Shown: positions 44,450-54,495, counted from the stretch's first letter. The stretch is 64,000 nucleotides of DNA from an uncultured Alphaproteobacteria bacterium (GCA_963771845.1 CAVYVC010000043.1:19693-83692); one strand, 5' to 3'. The notes: generated by a model not told the origin, from the sequence alone. Numbers and translations are program-made.

Positions 44450-45187
44450 ATGAGGGAGCCGCACGCGGCGAGGATGCATGTGAAACCTGAGCCCCGGGAC
44501 CGGTTGATCGTGGCGCTGGACGTGCCTTCAGTCGCCGCCGCCGAGGCGCTCGTTGCGCGGCTCGGCGAGACCGTGTCCTTCTACAAAATCGGTTACCAGT
44601 TGGCGTTCGCGGGCGGCATCGACTTTGCGCGCGCGCTCGCCGGGGCAGGCAAGCGCATCTTTCTTGATCTTAAGCTGCATGATATCGGCCGCACCGTGGC
44701 AAGCGGAATCGAGAGCCTGGCGCGGCTCGGAGCCTCCTTCGTTACGGTCCACGCCTACCCTCAGACCATGCATGCGGCAGTCGACGCCCGCGCCGGATCC
44801 GATCTTCGGCTTCTCGCCGTGACCGTGCTGACGTCCTATGATGATGCGGATCTGGCGGCGGCCGGCTACGATTTCACGGTGCCGGAGCTCGCGCGCGAGC
44901 GCGCCGCACAGGCGCGCGACATCGGCATCGACGGGCTCGTGTGCTCAGGACAGGAATCGGCGATGCTGCGCCCCATCGTGGGCCCGGATATGCTGCTCGT
45001 CACGCCTGGCATTCGGCCCGCCGGCGCGCAAGCAGGCGACCAGAAGCGTGTGGTCACCCCCGCGCTCGCCATCGCCGCGGGTGCCGACTACCTGGTCGTC
45101 GGACGGCCGATTATCGCGGCGCCCAATCCGAGCGCTGCTGCCGATGCAATCGTCGCCGAGATCGCCGCGGCATCGACCGCGGCATAA
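44450..45187 (+). CDS. pyrF: orotidine-5'-phosphate decarboxylase
   Basis: LIVALDV...FYKIG...FLDLKLHDI...PGIR pattern. The start could instead be at 44474. Confidence 0.9.
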   Translation: MREPHAARMHVKPEPRDRLIVALDVPSVAAAEALVARLGETVSFYKIGYQLAFAGGIDFARALAGAGKRIFLDLKLHDIGRTVASGIESLARLGASFVTVHAYPQTMHAAVDARAGSDLRLLAVTVLTSYDDADLAAAGYDFTVPELARERAAQARDIGIDGLVCSGQESAMLRPIVGPDMLLVTPGIRPAGAQAGDQKRVVTPALAIAAGADYLVVGRPIIAAPNPSAAADAIVAEIAAASTAA

Positions 45188-45210
45188 ACGACCGCCACCG
45201 GGATGAGAAC

Positions 45211-45513
45211 ATGGCAAAAGGATATTGGATCGCGAATGTCGATATCACGGATCCGGAAGGCTACAAGGCTTATGTGGCTGCGAACGCGGAACCATTACGC
45301 AAATACGGCGGACGATTTCTGATCCGCGGCGGAAAGTCGGAAAGCGTCGAAGGTAAGCTTCGCTCCCGGATCGTGGTCATTGAGTTTCCCGATTTTGCGA
45401 CCGCCGTCGAATGCTATCGCTCTCCGGAATATCAGAAGGCACTCAAGCTGCGCGTCGGCAAGTCGGATGCCGACCTCGTGATCATCGAGGGCTACGACGG
45501 GGTCCAACCGTGA
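45211..45513 (+). CDS. DUF1330 domain protein
   Basis: 100 aa with MAKGYWIANVDITDPEGYKAYVAA...FPDFATAVECYRSPEYQ. Confidence 0.8.
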   Translation: MAKGYWIANVDITDPEGYKAYVAANAEPLRKYGGRFLIRGGKSESVEGKLRSRIVVIEFPDFATAVECYRSPEYQKALKLRVGKSDADLVIIEGYDGVQP

Positions 45514-45566
45514 GCCTGACACTGCTCCCTTGCAGACATGCCTTTCGCGCAGCGAGCCTCTGAGCA

Positions 45567-47702
45567 TTGAGCGAAGCAAGTTCTCGCGCGGCAAAGCCGC
45601 CGGAGCACTGCTCGTGGGCAAAGCTCGGCACTCTTTTTCTGGTGCTGGCCGCCCTCGGCCTGCCCATCAATGGTCTTGTTAATTACGCGCTCCTCGTCTT
45701 CGCCACCGTCATTGTTTGCTTTGGCTCAATTTCGCGGCGCCGGCTTGCATGGTTCGCGGCCGTGCTGGCAGTTGTGGTCTGCGCCATTGGGCAAACCTAC
45801 TTGCGCGCTCCCCGGATCGAGGAAGGCCATAATATCTTTCTGGTAGACGGCCCCGGCGGTGCGCTCGAAGCCGGATTGCCGCACGCGGCTTTCCAGGCCA
45901 TGGCCGCGGAGTTCGATGCCAGGTATCCCCCGCAACGCCGCTGCAGCCCCGCCGTCTACGGTTGCTGGCGTGGTGACGGTTTTCCGCGCGAGCCGTACGC
46001 TTTCTCTGCCGACGGCATCTTCGAATGGCCCGCGCAATCGCGGCGCGTAAGCGACATAGCATTCGCCGATCCAATGTGGCTTCGCCTCGGTTTCATTAAC
46101 GAGATTGGATACAACTGGAATTCCCTCGTCAGCGATGTCGAGCGTGCCGCACGCAACAGTGGTTTTTGGGCATTCCAGCACCGCTGGCGCCTCGAAATGC
46201 CGTGGTTCGTCATGTATCGCTTTCCCGCAGATTACGCCGGCAGCGAGCTCTGTTGGCGTGGCGAGGTGCTGTGGGAACACGCGAGCGAGCAGTTCGAGCT
46301 TGTCTCGCATTCTTCCATGCAATGTCGGGTGCTGAGAGATGAAGATGCCGGGCGGCGAATCTTCGGCGTCGCCATCAGGCAGGAGCCGCCGCTCGCCATG
46401 GAGCTTCGGCCGACCGGCAAGATCAGGACTGCTCAACTGTTGGAGCGGGCAACAGGTATTGTCGCCGTCGGGGTGGTGCTGGCTGCGCTTGCGCGCTGGC
46501 GAGCGCGCCGTACTGCAATCGCGCTCGGACTCATTTCGCTCACGCTCATCGTTGTCTTCCTCAATGATGCGAGCTTCATCGGCGGAGTACGGCCGTTCAA
46601 TTCCGGCGATGACGGCCTCGTTTATGACGGTTTGGCCCGCGAGATGTTGCGGCAACTCGTGCAGGGCAACATCAGCGCGGCGTTGGAGGGCGGAGAGAAG
46701 GTGTTCTATTTCACGCCCGGCATGCGATATCTGCGTGTGGCCGAGCACGTGGTCTTTGGCGAGACTTATCTCGGTTATCTCTCCTTGATCCTCCTGCTGC
46801 CCTTCCTGGTGCTCGCGATGTTCCGGCGCTTTTTGCCGGCGGAATTGGCGCTCGCGCTGACGTTCGTGTTCGTTGCCATACCCGTGGGCGTGCTGTTCGG
46901 GTCGAGCCTCGTGCAATACGTCAAATGGGCGTCCCGCGGCTTCGCTGATCCCGCTGCCTATATTCTCTTTCTCGCAGGTTTTGTTCTGCTTGTCGGCCGC
47001 AATGCAGACGGTCCGCAGAACGGCTTCGCGGTAGCAAGCGCCGCGGGGCTGTTGTTTGCGCTTGCGCTGTTCGTGCGGCCGAACATTGCTCCGGCCGCGG
47101 GCGTCCTTCTCGGCGCAAGCGGTGTAGCGGCGCTATGGCAACGGCAATATCGGCGTGTGGCAGGTCTGATGATCGGTTTTGTGCCGGTGCTGGGAATGGC
47201 ATTCCATAACTGGTTCTATGGCGGTGCTTTTGTGCTGTTCACCGCAACCGCCGCGCATCCTGGCGCGCTGGTCATGCCGCCGTCAGCTTATCTCGCCGCC
47301 GCAGGCGAGCTCGCCCATTTCCATCTTCACGGTGAGCATGTCGTCGCGGCGCTGCATCAGCTCGGCGGCTGGCTCGCCGGGCCATCGGAATCCGTTTTCA
47401 TGGCGCCGCTCAATGCCGCGGCACTCGTGATCGTGGCGCGGATGGCGTTATGGAACAGGATCGACCCGTGGCTGCGCCTGACCGCATGGGCAACGCTCGC
47501 CCAGCAATGTGTGGGCATCTTCTACGCGACCGCGGGGCGTTATTATTACCTCACCTGGCTGCTCACATTGCTGGTGACGGCGGTCTGGGTCGAGCGCGAA
47601 GGGCTCGAACTCATGCGGCGCCGCTATCCGAGGGTTGCCCATCGGTTCGCGAACTATCCCGGACGCCGGATGGTTGGCCGGATATTGCAGCAGATCGGGT
47701 AG
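45567..47702 (+). CDS. large polytopic membrane protein, possibly a GT-C-fold glycosyltransferase
   Basis: 711 aa with more than 10 predicted TM helices and a ~270-aa soluble loop. The SGDDG motif after a TM helix resembles GT-C first-loop acidic motifs. The functional call is weak. Confidence 0.55.
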   Translation: MSEASSRAAKPPEHCSWAKLGTLFLVLAALGLPINGLVNYALLVFATVIVCFGSISRRRLAWFAAVLAVVVCAIGQTYLRAPRIEEGHNIFLVDGPGGALEAGLPHAAFQAMAAEFDARYPPQRRCSPAVYGCWRGDGFPREPYAFSADGIFEWPAQSRRVSDIAFADPMWLRLGFINEIGYNWNSLVSDVERAARNSGFWAFQHRWRLEMPWFVMYRFPADYAGSELCWRGEVLWEHASEQFELVSHSSMQCRVLRDEDAGRRIFGVAIRQEPPLAMELRPTGKIRTAQLLERATGIVAVGVVLAALARWRARRTAIALGLISLTLIVVFLNDASFIGGVRPFNSGDDGLVYDGLAREMLRQLVQGNISAALEGGEKVFYFTPGMRYLRVAEHVVFGETYLGYLSLILLLPFLVLAMFRRFLPAELALALTFVFVAIPVGVLFGSSLVQYVKWASRGFADPAAYILFLAGFVLLVGRNADGPQNGFAVASAAGLLFALALFVRPNIAPAAGVLLGASGVAALWQRQYRRVAGLMIGFVPVLGMAFHNWFYGGAFVLFTATAAHPGALVMPPSAYLAAAGELAHFHLHGEHVVAALHQLGGWLAGPSESVFMAPLNAAALVIVARMALWNRIDPWLRLTAWATLAQQCVGIFYATAGRYYYLTWLLTLLVTAVWVEREGLELMRRRYPRVAHRFANYPGRRMVGRILQQIG

Positions 47703-47924
47703 CAGACGACGGCGTACGAATTCGCGGCCGGGAGGCCGGCGCGCAATTCTTGGCGTTAGCCAATCCTTCGGAATGACAACCTAATCACCCGTTGGGTTCG
47801 TTTTGCCGGTTGGCAAACGCCAAAGATGATTGCGTTGCTATTGTTTGACATTGCGCAGTTGTCGAAAGCTATGCATTCGGTGCAGGGCGCAAACGCTCCG
47901 TGTGGCCATGCCGACGCCTCGTTC

Positions 47925-48058
47925 ATTGTAAATAACAGGGAAAATACAATGGGGCGCGCAAGAAGCGCCCGTAAAACGCGGACTTGCCAAAAAAAGAACA
48001 GAGGCGGGAACAGCGCGATTGCGGCAATAACAGAGGAATAACAGGCAAGCCACAGGAG
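47925..48058 (-). repeat. CTGTT-phased repeat element, copy B (inverted relative to copy A)
   Basis: The reverse complement aligns with 19257-19392. AACAG (= CTGTT on the minus strand) occurs at 47934, 47997, 48009, 48029, 48040 and 48051, with spacings of 11-12 or ~20 bp. Confidence 0.65.
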
Positions 48059-48353
48059 ATTCCAAGCCGGCCCGCTGCCATTTTGATCTCCAAAAATTGC
48101 ATGGCTTGCTTCCAGTGTTTGGAGACTGCGACGCTGCGACGATAGCGTAATCTTCTGACCATACGTGTCGCGCAAGCGCTATGTGCAGGAGCCTCACAGA
48201 TAACTCGTTAATTGACAAGGCATTTCACCTGTTGGGTTCGTTTGGTAGTTTGGTAAGTTTGGTAAAATCGGCCCTCGCGGAGTTGTGTTCCTTCATTGAA
48301 ACAACGCGCAGATGCAAGCTCGCAACTGCGACGCAGGCTGAGATGCGCGCATG

Positions 48354-48408
48354 AAAAAACCCGGCACGCTGTGCGTCCGGGCCTCACATACTTTTGGAGG
48401 ATAGTATT
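48354..48408 (-). ncRNA. candidate small RNA, copy B
   Basis: The minus strand reads actatcctccaaaagtatgtgagg, then hairpin cccggacgc-aca-gcgtgccggg, then TTTTTT. A possible promoter is CTTGCG-N18-TAGTAA. It shares CTATCCTC and the terminator architecture with 19152-19198. Confidence 0.4.
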
Positions 48409-48623
48409 TTTTACTATCAGAAATGTTTCCTAAACGCAAGTAACGTTTTGTTGCAGTGACGCTAGCGAGGCTTCGCAAGGAGCAGCGGAGCAGCGAAAGG
48501 ACACGCGACAACACCAGCTTATATCGTGAATGGAGTATTCGGTAAGGATAGACCTGTTGGCAGGAGGACCGGGCTTCCCCTATAGGTCTCTCCCGTAAAA
48601 TCCCACCCGAAGGAGAAACCCAA

Positions 48624-49142
48624 ATGGCATATTCGTTGTACGACGCGGCTGTAACCACCTGCGCCCAGCAGCTTGGCGCACTGGTCGGCATCATCGACAA
48701 GGCCGCCGCACATTGTGCCACCAACAAGATTGAGGAATCGGCTCTGCTGCAGGACCGATTGTATCCCGACATGTTCTGCCTCGCCCGCCAGATCCGTCAG
48801 TCAGCGGATTTCGCCATGAACACCGGCGGTCGCCTGGCTGGCGTTACTCCCCCCGCCATGCCGGCTGTGGACGACACCAGCTTCGCCGCCGCCAAAAGCC
48901 GCGTCGAAACCGCCCTAACCTTCGTGAAGTCCCTGACGCGCGCACAGGTCGACGGCGCGGAGGGCAAGGTTATCGCCTGGACCGGCGGCGGCAACGACCG
49001 GAAAATGAAGGGCAACGACTATCTGCAACAGTTCGCCTTGCCGAATTTCTTCTTCTTTGTAACGACGGCATACAACATCCTGCGTCATCGCGGCGTACCG
49101 CTCGGAAAGCGGGAATTCCTCGGCCCGGTCAACTGGCTCTAA
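48624..49142 (+). CDS. DUF1993 domain protein
   Basis: 172 aa with LPNFFFFVTTAYNILRHRGVPLGKREFLG at the C-terminus and SLYDAAV at the N-terminus, typical of DUF1993. GGAG RBS. Confidence 0.85.
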   Translation: MAYSLYDAAVTTCAQQLGALVGIIDKAAAHCATNKIEESALLQDRLYPDMFCLARQIRQSADFAMNTGGRLAGVTPPAMPAVDDTSFAAAKSRVETALTFVKSLTRAQVDGAEGKVIAWTGGGNDRKMKGNDYLQQFALPNFFFFVTTAYNILRHRGVPLGKREFLGPVNWL

Positions 49143-49351
49143 AGGCCCGTTAGGTGATACCGGCGGCGTCCCGGAAGTGGATCGTTGACCCATTCGCTGC
49201 GAAGTCGGCCATCGTGCTCCATTCGTGCGAGCGCGACATACAAAGGATCACTCCACAATCCCGTCGCCTTTGCCAACTCGGCACCCGACAGTCCGTCTTT
49301 AGGTGCAGCCTTGAGCGCGTCTAGGATCCTGTCCTCGTGCGCGGCGGTCAC
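49139..49351 (-). CDS. small PadR-like winged-helix protein
   Basis: 70 aa with LSGAELAKATG...LYVALARMEHDGRLRSEW...RRRYHLT, resembling the PadR recognition helix and wing. Confidence 0.55.
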   Translation of the reverse strand: MTAAHEDRILDALKAAPKDGLSGAELAKATGLWSDPLYVALARMEHDGRLRSEWVNDPLPGRRRYHLTGL

Positions 49352-49688
49352 GGCTCGGTTTCTCCCTTGTAAGCTGCTATGTAAGCGCGGCCCCTTTTAG
49401 TCAAAACGTAAAAGAACTCAGACTTCATGACCGCACTCCATGGCCCCGTGCCACGACTGGAGCTGTTTGAAACGAGATCGCTCGGCAACTGACAGCCGCC
49501 CGGCATCCGCGGCATTGATGAGGACGCGCGCAGCGGCGCATCATTGTTAGCGCCTGTGCATGCTGCAAGGCGTCCATGCACTGTGATCGGCCGACCCCGG
49601 GCCGAGCGCTGATAGATGACTGCATTCCCTCCAGTCCCTCTGGTACGAAGGGCCGAAAAGGTCAGCCGTCTACTACGTACGCGCGTTC

Positions 49689-50693
49689 TCATCGGTTGTC
49701 GCCGGAACGTGGGGCCGGAACGACGTCGCCATCCGGAGTCAGACCCTTCAGAAATTTGAAGAGATCACTGCCCGTGGAAAGGACAAGGGTCGTGTTTTCG
49801 GCGATGATGGACTTGTAGGACTGCATGGTCCGTGTGAATTCATAGAACGCCACCGCTTCAGGGCTCTGATTGTAAGCCCCCGCGTAGATTTCGGTGGCTT
49901 TCGCGTCCGCCGCGCCGCGGATCTCCTCGACCTGCCGGTAGGCTTCAGACTGGATCTTATTCAAGTCGCGCACACGATTGCCGCGGATTCTGGCGGCCTC
50001 GCCGTTACCTTCCGACAGAAAGCGTTCCGCGATCTGCCGCCGTTCGCTGATCATTCGATCGTAGATCTTCGGGCGCACGCTTTCATTGTAGTTGATCCGC
50101 TTGAACCGGATATCGAGCAATTCGATACCAAACACTCGAACCTTCTCGGCAGCCTCGGCAAAGATCTCTTGCTCAACCAGTTTGCGTCCCTTCTGGATCG
50201 GCACCAGTCTCCCCACATCCAGCTCCCGTCCCGCGTCCGTCACGAGAGTGTCGCGCAGCGGCACGCGATCCTTGGTGGTGCGGATGATCTCGATCAGCTC
50301 ATGCTTGGCGACGGCATTACGGGTCTCGCTGCCTAGAACATCGTCCAGGCGGGACTGAGCACTGCGTTCATCGTGCAGCCGCAGAAAGTACTGGAGAGGA
50401 TCTACGATCCGCCAGCGGGCGAAGAGGTCGACCGAGACGTAGAGCTTGTCCTTGGTTGGCATATCGGACGGACTGCCGTCCCACTCGAGAACTCGCTTGT
50501 CGATCAGGTTGACGTCCTGGATGAAGGGCACCTTGACCTTCAGACCGGCGGTAGTCACGGGAGCGCCGACAGGCTTGCCGAACTGAGTGATAATCGCTTG
50601 CTCGACTTCGCTCACCGTATAGATCGAACTCATCAAAACGTACGTCCCGATGCCCAAAACCGCTAAGATAGCTAGTAGCTTGATCCTATTCAT
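49689..50693 (-). CDS. hflC: protease modulator HflC (SPFH/band-7)
   Basis: N-terminal TM helix, then YTVSEVEQAIITQFGKPVG and an SPFH domain. 4-nt overlap with hflK. Confidence 0.9.
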   Translation of the reverse strand: MNRIKLLAILAVLGIGTYVLMSSIYTVSEVEQAIITQFGKPVGAPVTTAGLKVKVPFIQDVNLIDKRVLEWDGSPSDMPTKDKLYVSVDLFARWRIVDPLQYFLRLHDERSAQSRLDDVLGSETRNAVAKHELIEIIRTTKDRVPLRDTLVTDAGRELDVGRLVPIQKGRKLVEQEIFAEAAEKVRVFGIELLDIRFKRINYNESVRPKIYDRMISERRQIAERFLSEGNGEAARIRGNRVRDLNKIQSEAYRQVEEIRGAADAKATEIYAGAYNQSPEAVAFYEFTRTMQSYKSIIAENTTLVLSTGSDLFKFLKGLTPDGDVVPAPRSGDNR

Positions 50694-51748
50694 GGCCGTT
50701 CTCCCTTCTGGGAGTCGAGATTCAGTAATGGCAGAATGCTGCGCGTCTGTTCGTCGACAATGATCTTGGAGCGTATGCCCGGCATGACATCCTGCAGGGT
50801 CTCGATGTAGATGCGGCGGCGGGTAACCACTGGGGCCTTGATGTATTCCGCCAATAACGCGCTGAACCGAGCAACATCGCCTTCTGCTTCATTGATCCTC
50901 TTGAGCCGGTAGCCGTCGGCTTCCCGGATCCGCTGATCCTTCTCGCCCTCGGCCAGCGGGATCACCTTGTTGTAATCGCGCCGGGCTTCGTTGATCAGCT
51001 TCTCTTTCTCCTGCTGGGCCTGGTTGACCTCGTTGAATGACCCCTGCACCGGTTCGGGCGGATTGATGTTCTTCAATTGCACCTGATCGATGCTGATCCC
51101 CATGGCATATTTGGTCGAGAGCGCCTGCATCTTGGTCAGCGCTTCCGTTTCGATCTCCTGTCGGCCGATGGTAATCACCTCGTCCACGGTGCGATCACCG
51201 ACAACTTCCCGCATTACGGATTCCGAAACATCGCGGAGGGTTGCCCTCGGTTCCCGAACGTCGAAAAGGAATTTAACGGGATCCGAAATGCGGTATTGAA
51301 CCACCCATTCCACCAATGCGGCGTTCAGGTCACCCGTCACCATCTGCGTTTCCCGCTTTCCGTCGCGAGAAGTCTGATACGGATCGGTGGCGCCTGGAGT
51401 CGCGAACCCGAATTCCTGCTTCAACTGCCGTTTGTCGGGAACGATTGTCGCGACATCAATACCCAGCGGCAGCTTGAAATGCAGTCCCGGTGGAACGTCC
51501 TTGAGATACTTACCAAAACGTTGCACGACAGCAACAGAGTCGCTCGGCACAGTGAAATAGGCGGTCCATGCGCCTAGGCCGACCAGAGCGAGGGCGGCAA
51601 GGACGATTACTAGGCGCGGGCCACCGCTCGGCATGATCTGCTTGAGTCGATCCCGCCCCTGCTGGACCAGAACCTCAATATCGGAACCGGGTTTGACCCC
51701 GCTACCCCAGGGGCCGCTACGGCCGCCGTTGCCGTTCTGCGGTGGCAT
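50690..51748 (-). CDS. hflK: FtsH protease activity modulator HflK (SPFH/band-7)
   Basis: Gly-rich N-terminus, a TM helix, then FTVPSDSVAVVQRFGKY and an SPFH domain. Confidence 0.9.
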   Translation of the reverse strand: MPPQNGNGGRSGPWGSGVKPGSDIEVLVQQGRDRLKQIMPSGGPRLVIVLAALALVGLGAWTAYFTVPSDSVAVVQRFGKYLKDVPPGLHFKLPLGIDVATIVPDKRQLKQEFGFATPGATDPYQTSRDGKRETQMVTGDLNAALVEWVVQYRISDPVKFLFDVREPRATLRDVSESVMREVVGDRTVDEVITIGRQEIETEALTKMQALSTKYAMGISIDQVQLKNINPPEPVQGSFNEVNQAQQEKEKLINEARRDYNKVIPLAEGEKDQRIREADGYRLKRINEAEGDVARFSALLAEYIKAPVVTRRRIYIETLQDVMPGIRSKIIVDEQTRSILPLLNLDSQKGERP

Positions 51749-51954
51749 TTGAATGTCCTTTCTTGTGCACGCTTGAGGTCAGCTCAGTGTCTTTGCATCG
51801 CGCTGACTACCCTAACGCCCACGACGCAATCTTTTGCTCGCGCCGCGGGGCAGTTGTTTGCCCTGGACGAACTACCATCCCTTCGCCTTCCGTTCTTGCC
51901 CCCTGATTGCAGGATTGCAGATGGGCAGTTTTCCGTGAGAAGTGCTGCTACGCC

Positions 51955-51968
51955 TTGACGCAGATCAA
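51955..51968. promoter_or_regulatory. FNR/FixK-type box
   Basis: TTGACGCAGATCAA fits TTGA-N6-TCAA exactly. Its centre lies ~213 bp upstream of the hflK ATG. Confidence 0.45.
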
Positions 51969-52116
51969 TCCGGCGCTGTGCGGGTTGATGCCGGTCCCCG
52001 CCGGTCAGTTCATCTGTGAGTGCCTCACTACTGGCATCGAGAGCCGCTGCGCGCCCGCGCTGCGAGCGGCCACGCTGCAGCCGCGCCGCCAAGAAGCGTA
52101 ATGAACTCTCGCCTTC

Positions 52117-52606
52117 TCACTCGATCACCTCGTCGGCGCGCGCGAGCAGCGTCGGCGGCACCGTGAGGCCAAGCATGCGGGCGGTGCGATGGTTGATGAC
52201 GAACTCGAATTTCGCGGCCTGCACCACTGGCAAGTCTGCTGGCTTTTCACCCTTGAGGATGCGGCCGGCATAGACGCCGATTTGACGATACGCATCGGCA
52301 ATATTGGCACCGTAGCTCATCAGGCCGCCGACCGCGGCACATTCACGCAACGCATAGCTCGCGGGGACCCGGTGGAATGCGGCCAGCTGGGCCAATTGCA
52401 CGCGCCGGCCGTTCAGGTAGGGAGAGGCCTCGACGAACAAAGCATCGGGCCGATCGCGCCCGATCGTCTCGAACGCCGAATCGATCTCGTCTCCGGTGTC
52501 GGCGTTGAGAACCTGAACCTGTAGCCTCATGGCGCGGGCGCCGGTTTCCACGTTGCGCAATGTCGCCTCGGTATTTCTGGCATCGGTCGGATTGACGGTA
52601 CCTGCC
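52117..52606 (-). pseudogene. 5'-truncated ABC-transporter substrate-binding protein gene (PF04392-like)
   Basis: Only the C-terminal ~160 aa are present (...VNPTDARNTEAT...LQVQVLNADTGDEIDSAF...GLTVPPTLLARADEVIE). Homology stops at ~52606 next to a partial REP-like sequence. Confidence 0.7.
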
Positions 52607-52700
52607 TGCCCGGGTCATTCCAGGGGAACGCCTCAGTAACTTGCTGTCAGCAACACCAAGGTGCCGGAAAACTCCAGCATGATCATCCGAATGAAAGACA

Positions 52701-53417
52701 CTACGCGGGAGTGCTCTCATCCCCCGTTTTGATCGCAGGCTGGTCGTACAAAACCACGTTCAACAAGGAATTATGAACCTCGATTTTTCCGTTGTATTCG
52801 ATGAAACCCAATTTGCGGAATTTGTTCATGAAAAAGCTCACACGCGATCGGGTCGTGCCAATCATCTCCGCCAGCGTTTCCTGACTGAACGTTCCCACGA
52901 TCGGCTCCGGCTTGCCTTCCTTACCGAAATTTGCAAGCAAAAGGAGAAGTCGAGCAAGGCGCTTTTCGCTCGAATTAAATAATTGGTCGACTAAGTCCTC
53001 TTCTATTCGACTGTTACGAGACAACAGATACGACATGAACAGTTCAGAAAACTCTGGTTCATTATGAATGGTGGCGATCATGGTCACCTTCTCTATGCGG
53101 GTAACCACGCACTCATCCATCGTCTTCGTCGTAGCGATGCGCAGCGGATGGCCATTCAGACACCCTTCGCCAAAAAAATGCCCGGGGCCCAGGATTGCGA
53201 CTACGGCTTCCTTGCCTTGCTCGGAAACGACCGTGAGTTTGATCTTGCCGTGCTGGATGTAAAAAACCGCGTCCGCGACCTGTCCCTGTGAGAAGATAAT
53301 TTGATCCTTCCGATATTTGGATATTGTTTTTCCCTCGCCCACCTTGGCGAGAAACATTTTGGGATCAAACGAGGCTTTAACTCTCTTCCTCACTAAGGCT
53401 CCCTTTTGCTTTTTCAC
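52701..53417 (-). CDS. Crp/Fnr-family transcriptional regulator
   Basis: cNMP-binding beta-roll (IIFSQGQVADAVFYIQHGKIKLTVVSEQGKEAVVAILGPGHFFGEGCL) and C-terminal HTH (ETLAEMIGTTRSRVSFFMNKFRKLGFI). GTG start at 53417; an alternative ATG lies at 53357. Confidence 0.85.
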   Translation of the reverse strand: MKKQKGALVRKRVKASFDPKMFLAKVGEGKTISKYRKDQIIFSQGQVADAVFYIQHGKIKLTVVSEQGKEAVVAILGPGHFFGEGCLNGHPLRIATTKTMDECVVTRIEKVTMIATIHNEPEFSELFMSYLLSRNSRIEEDLVDQLFNSSEKRLARLLLLLANFGKEGKPEPIVGTFSQETLAEMIGTTRSRVSFFMNKFRKLGFIEYNGKIEVHNSLLNVVLYDQPAIKTGDESTPA

Positions 53418-53555
53418 AAGGGCTGCCCTTTCCCCCGACAAAGGCAGGGCGAGGCGGGGGATTATACCATTTCCACTGCGCAAATGAAGAACCGGCTTGT
53501 CCGTACCGTAGGTCACTACACAGCGGAAGATATTTCTCTCCGCCGAACGAGCGAA

Positions 53556-53780
53556 TTATCGCTTCTTTTTCTTCGCGAAAATCACGTTCCAGTTGTCCCT
53601 ATAAGCTTTAGAAACGGGTTTCTGGCCTTCGCCCCTACTATAGCCAGAAGGTGAGGCGGCAGCTAATTCTCCGCCGCCAGCCTTGGATGGCTCTGCGCCG
53701 GAAGTGCTGTTATTCTCCGGTGCGGCCTCATTTTCTGGAGCGGAGTTGGTTTTAATTTTCTTGTCGTCGCTGGCCATCAT
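53556..53780 (-). CDS. small hypothetical protein
   Basis: 74 aa with a low-complexity N-terminus and a basic tail KAYRDNWNVIFAKKKKR. Confidence 0.45.
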   Translation of the reverse strand: MMASDDKKIKTNSAPENEAAPENNSTSGAEPSKAGGGELAAASPSGYSRGEGQKPVSKAYRDNWNVIFAKKKKR

Positions 53781-53908
53781 CTTTCCTGACGCTTTGTCAA
53801 GACCGGGCTATCGCTGATCATCGTCGTACATATGTCCCCGCAACTTTGTGCCTAGCCAGAAGCGCCCCGGAAAACCGGGGCACTCCCAGATTTCAACCGG
53901 TCAGAAGG

Positions 53909-54380
53909 TCAGGCGGCGGCCTTGGCCGGCTGCACCTCCAGAACCTTGCCGGAGCTCGCGATCGGGATCGCCCGGGGCTTCATTGCCTCCGGGATTTCGC
54001 GTACGAGGTCAACGTGCAGGAGCCCGTTCTCCAGCCTTGCGCCCTTGACCACGACATGGTCGGCAAGCTGGAAAGCTACGTTCGAAGGTCCGCTCGGCGA
54101 TGCCCTTGTAGAGCACGTCGCCGGTCTTCTCCGCGTCGTTGGCCTGTTTCTCGCCACGGATCGTCAGCGTGTTTTCCTTCACTTCGATCGAAAGATCAGC
54201 GTCGGTGAACCCGGCGACTGCGACCGAGATGCGAAAAGCATTCTCGCCGCTCCGCTCAATATTGTAGGGCGGATAACTGGGCACTGAGCCCTCCGTGCCG
54301 CCGAGCTGGTCGAGCATGGAGAACATCCGGTCGAAGCCGACGGTTGAACGGTAGAGGGGAGCAAAATCGAATGTACGCAT
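53909..54380 (-). pseudogene. Hsp20/alpha-crystallin small heat-shock protein, frameshifted
   Basis: The 123-aa ORF carries the alpha-crystallin N-terminal half (PPYNIERSGENAFRISVAVAGF...LTIRGEK). The 82-aa ORF in another frame carries the rest ([23 protein letters not shown]). The break is at the agcTTTccag run, plus-strand 54072-54074. Confidence 0.8.
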
Positions 54381-54495
54381 AGCATGACCTCTTTCGTTTG
54401 AGCGACATGCGAACGGTCCGCCCTCAGGGCCGAACCTTCCGTATCACGCAGCCTCATGGCCTGCGCGTTTCGTATTTGGGCGTGCTTCGAGGCCT

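Noticed and set aside
45726-46916. 396-aa minus-strand ORF
   Set aside because: It is antisense to the 711-aa polytopic membrane protein. The composition is Arg/His/Glu-rich and low-complexity.
48240-48266. TTTGGTA x3 tandem as a possible CRISPR or minisatellite
   Set aside because: It has only three 8-9-bp units, no spacers and no cas genes. It is kept only as a note within the copy-B finding.
48520-48623. Possible riboswitch or structured leader upstream of the DUF1993 gene (gacctgttggcaggaggaccgggcttcccctataggtc)
   Set aside because: A stem can be drawn, but the sequence matches no riboswitch consensus I know (SAM-II, fluoride, guanidine, preQ1). It cannot be evaluated without a covariance search.
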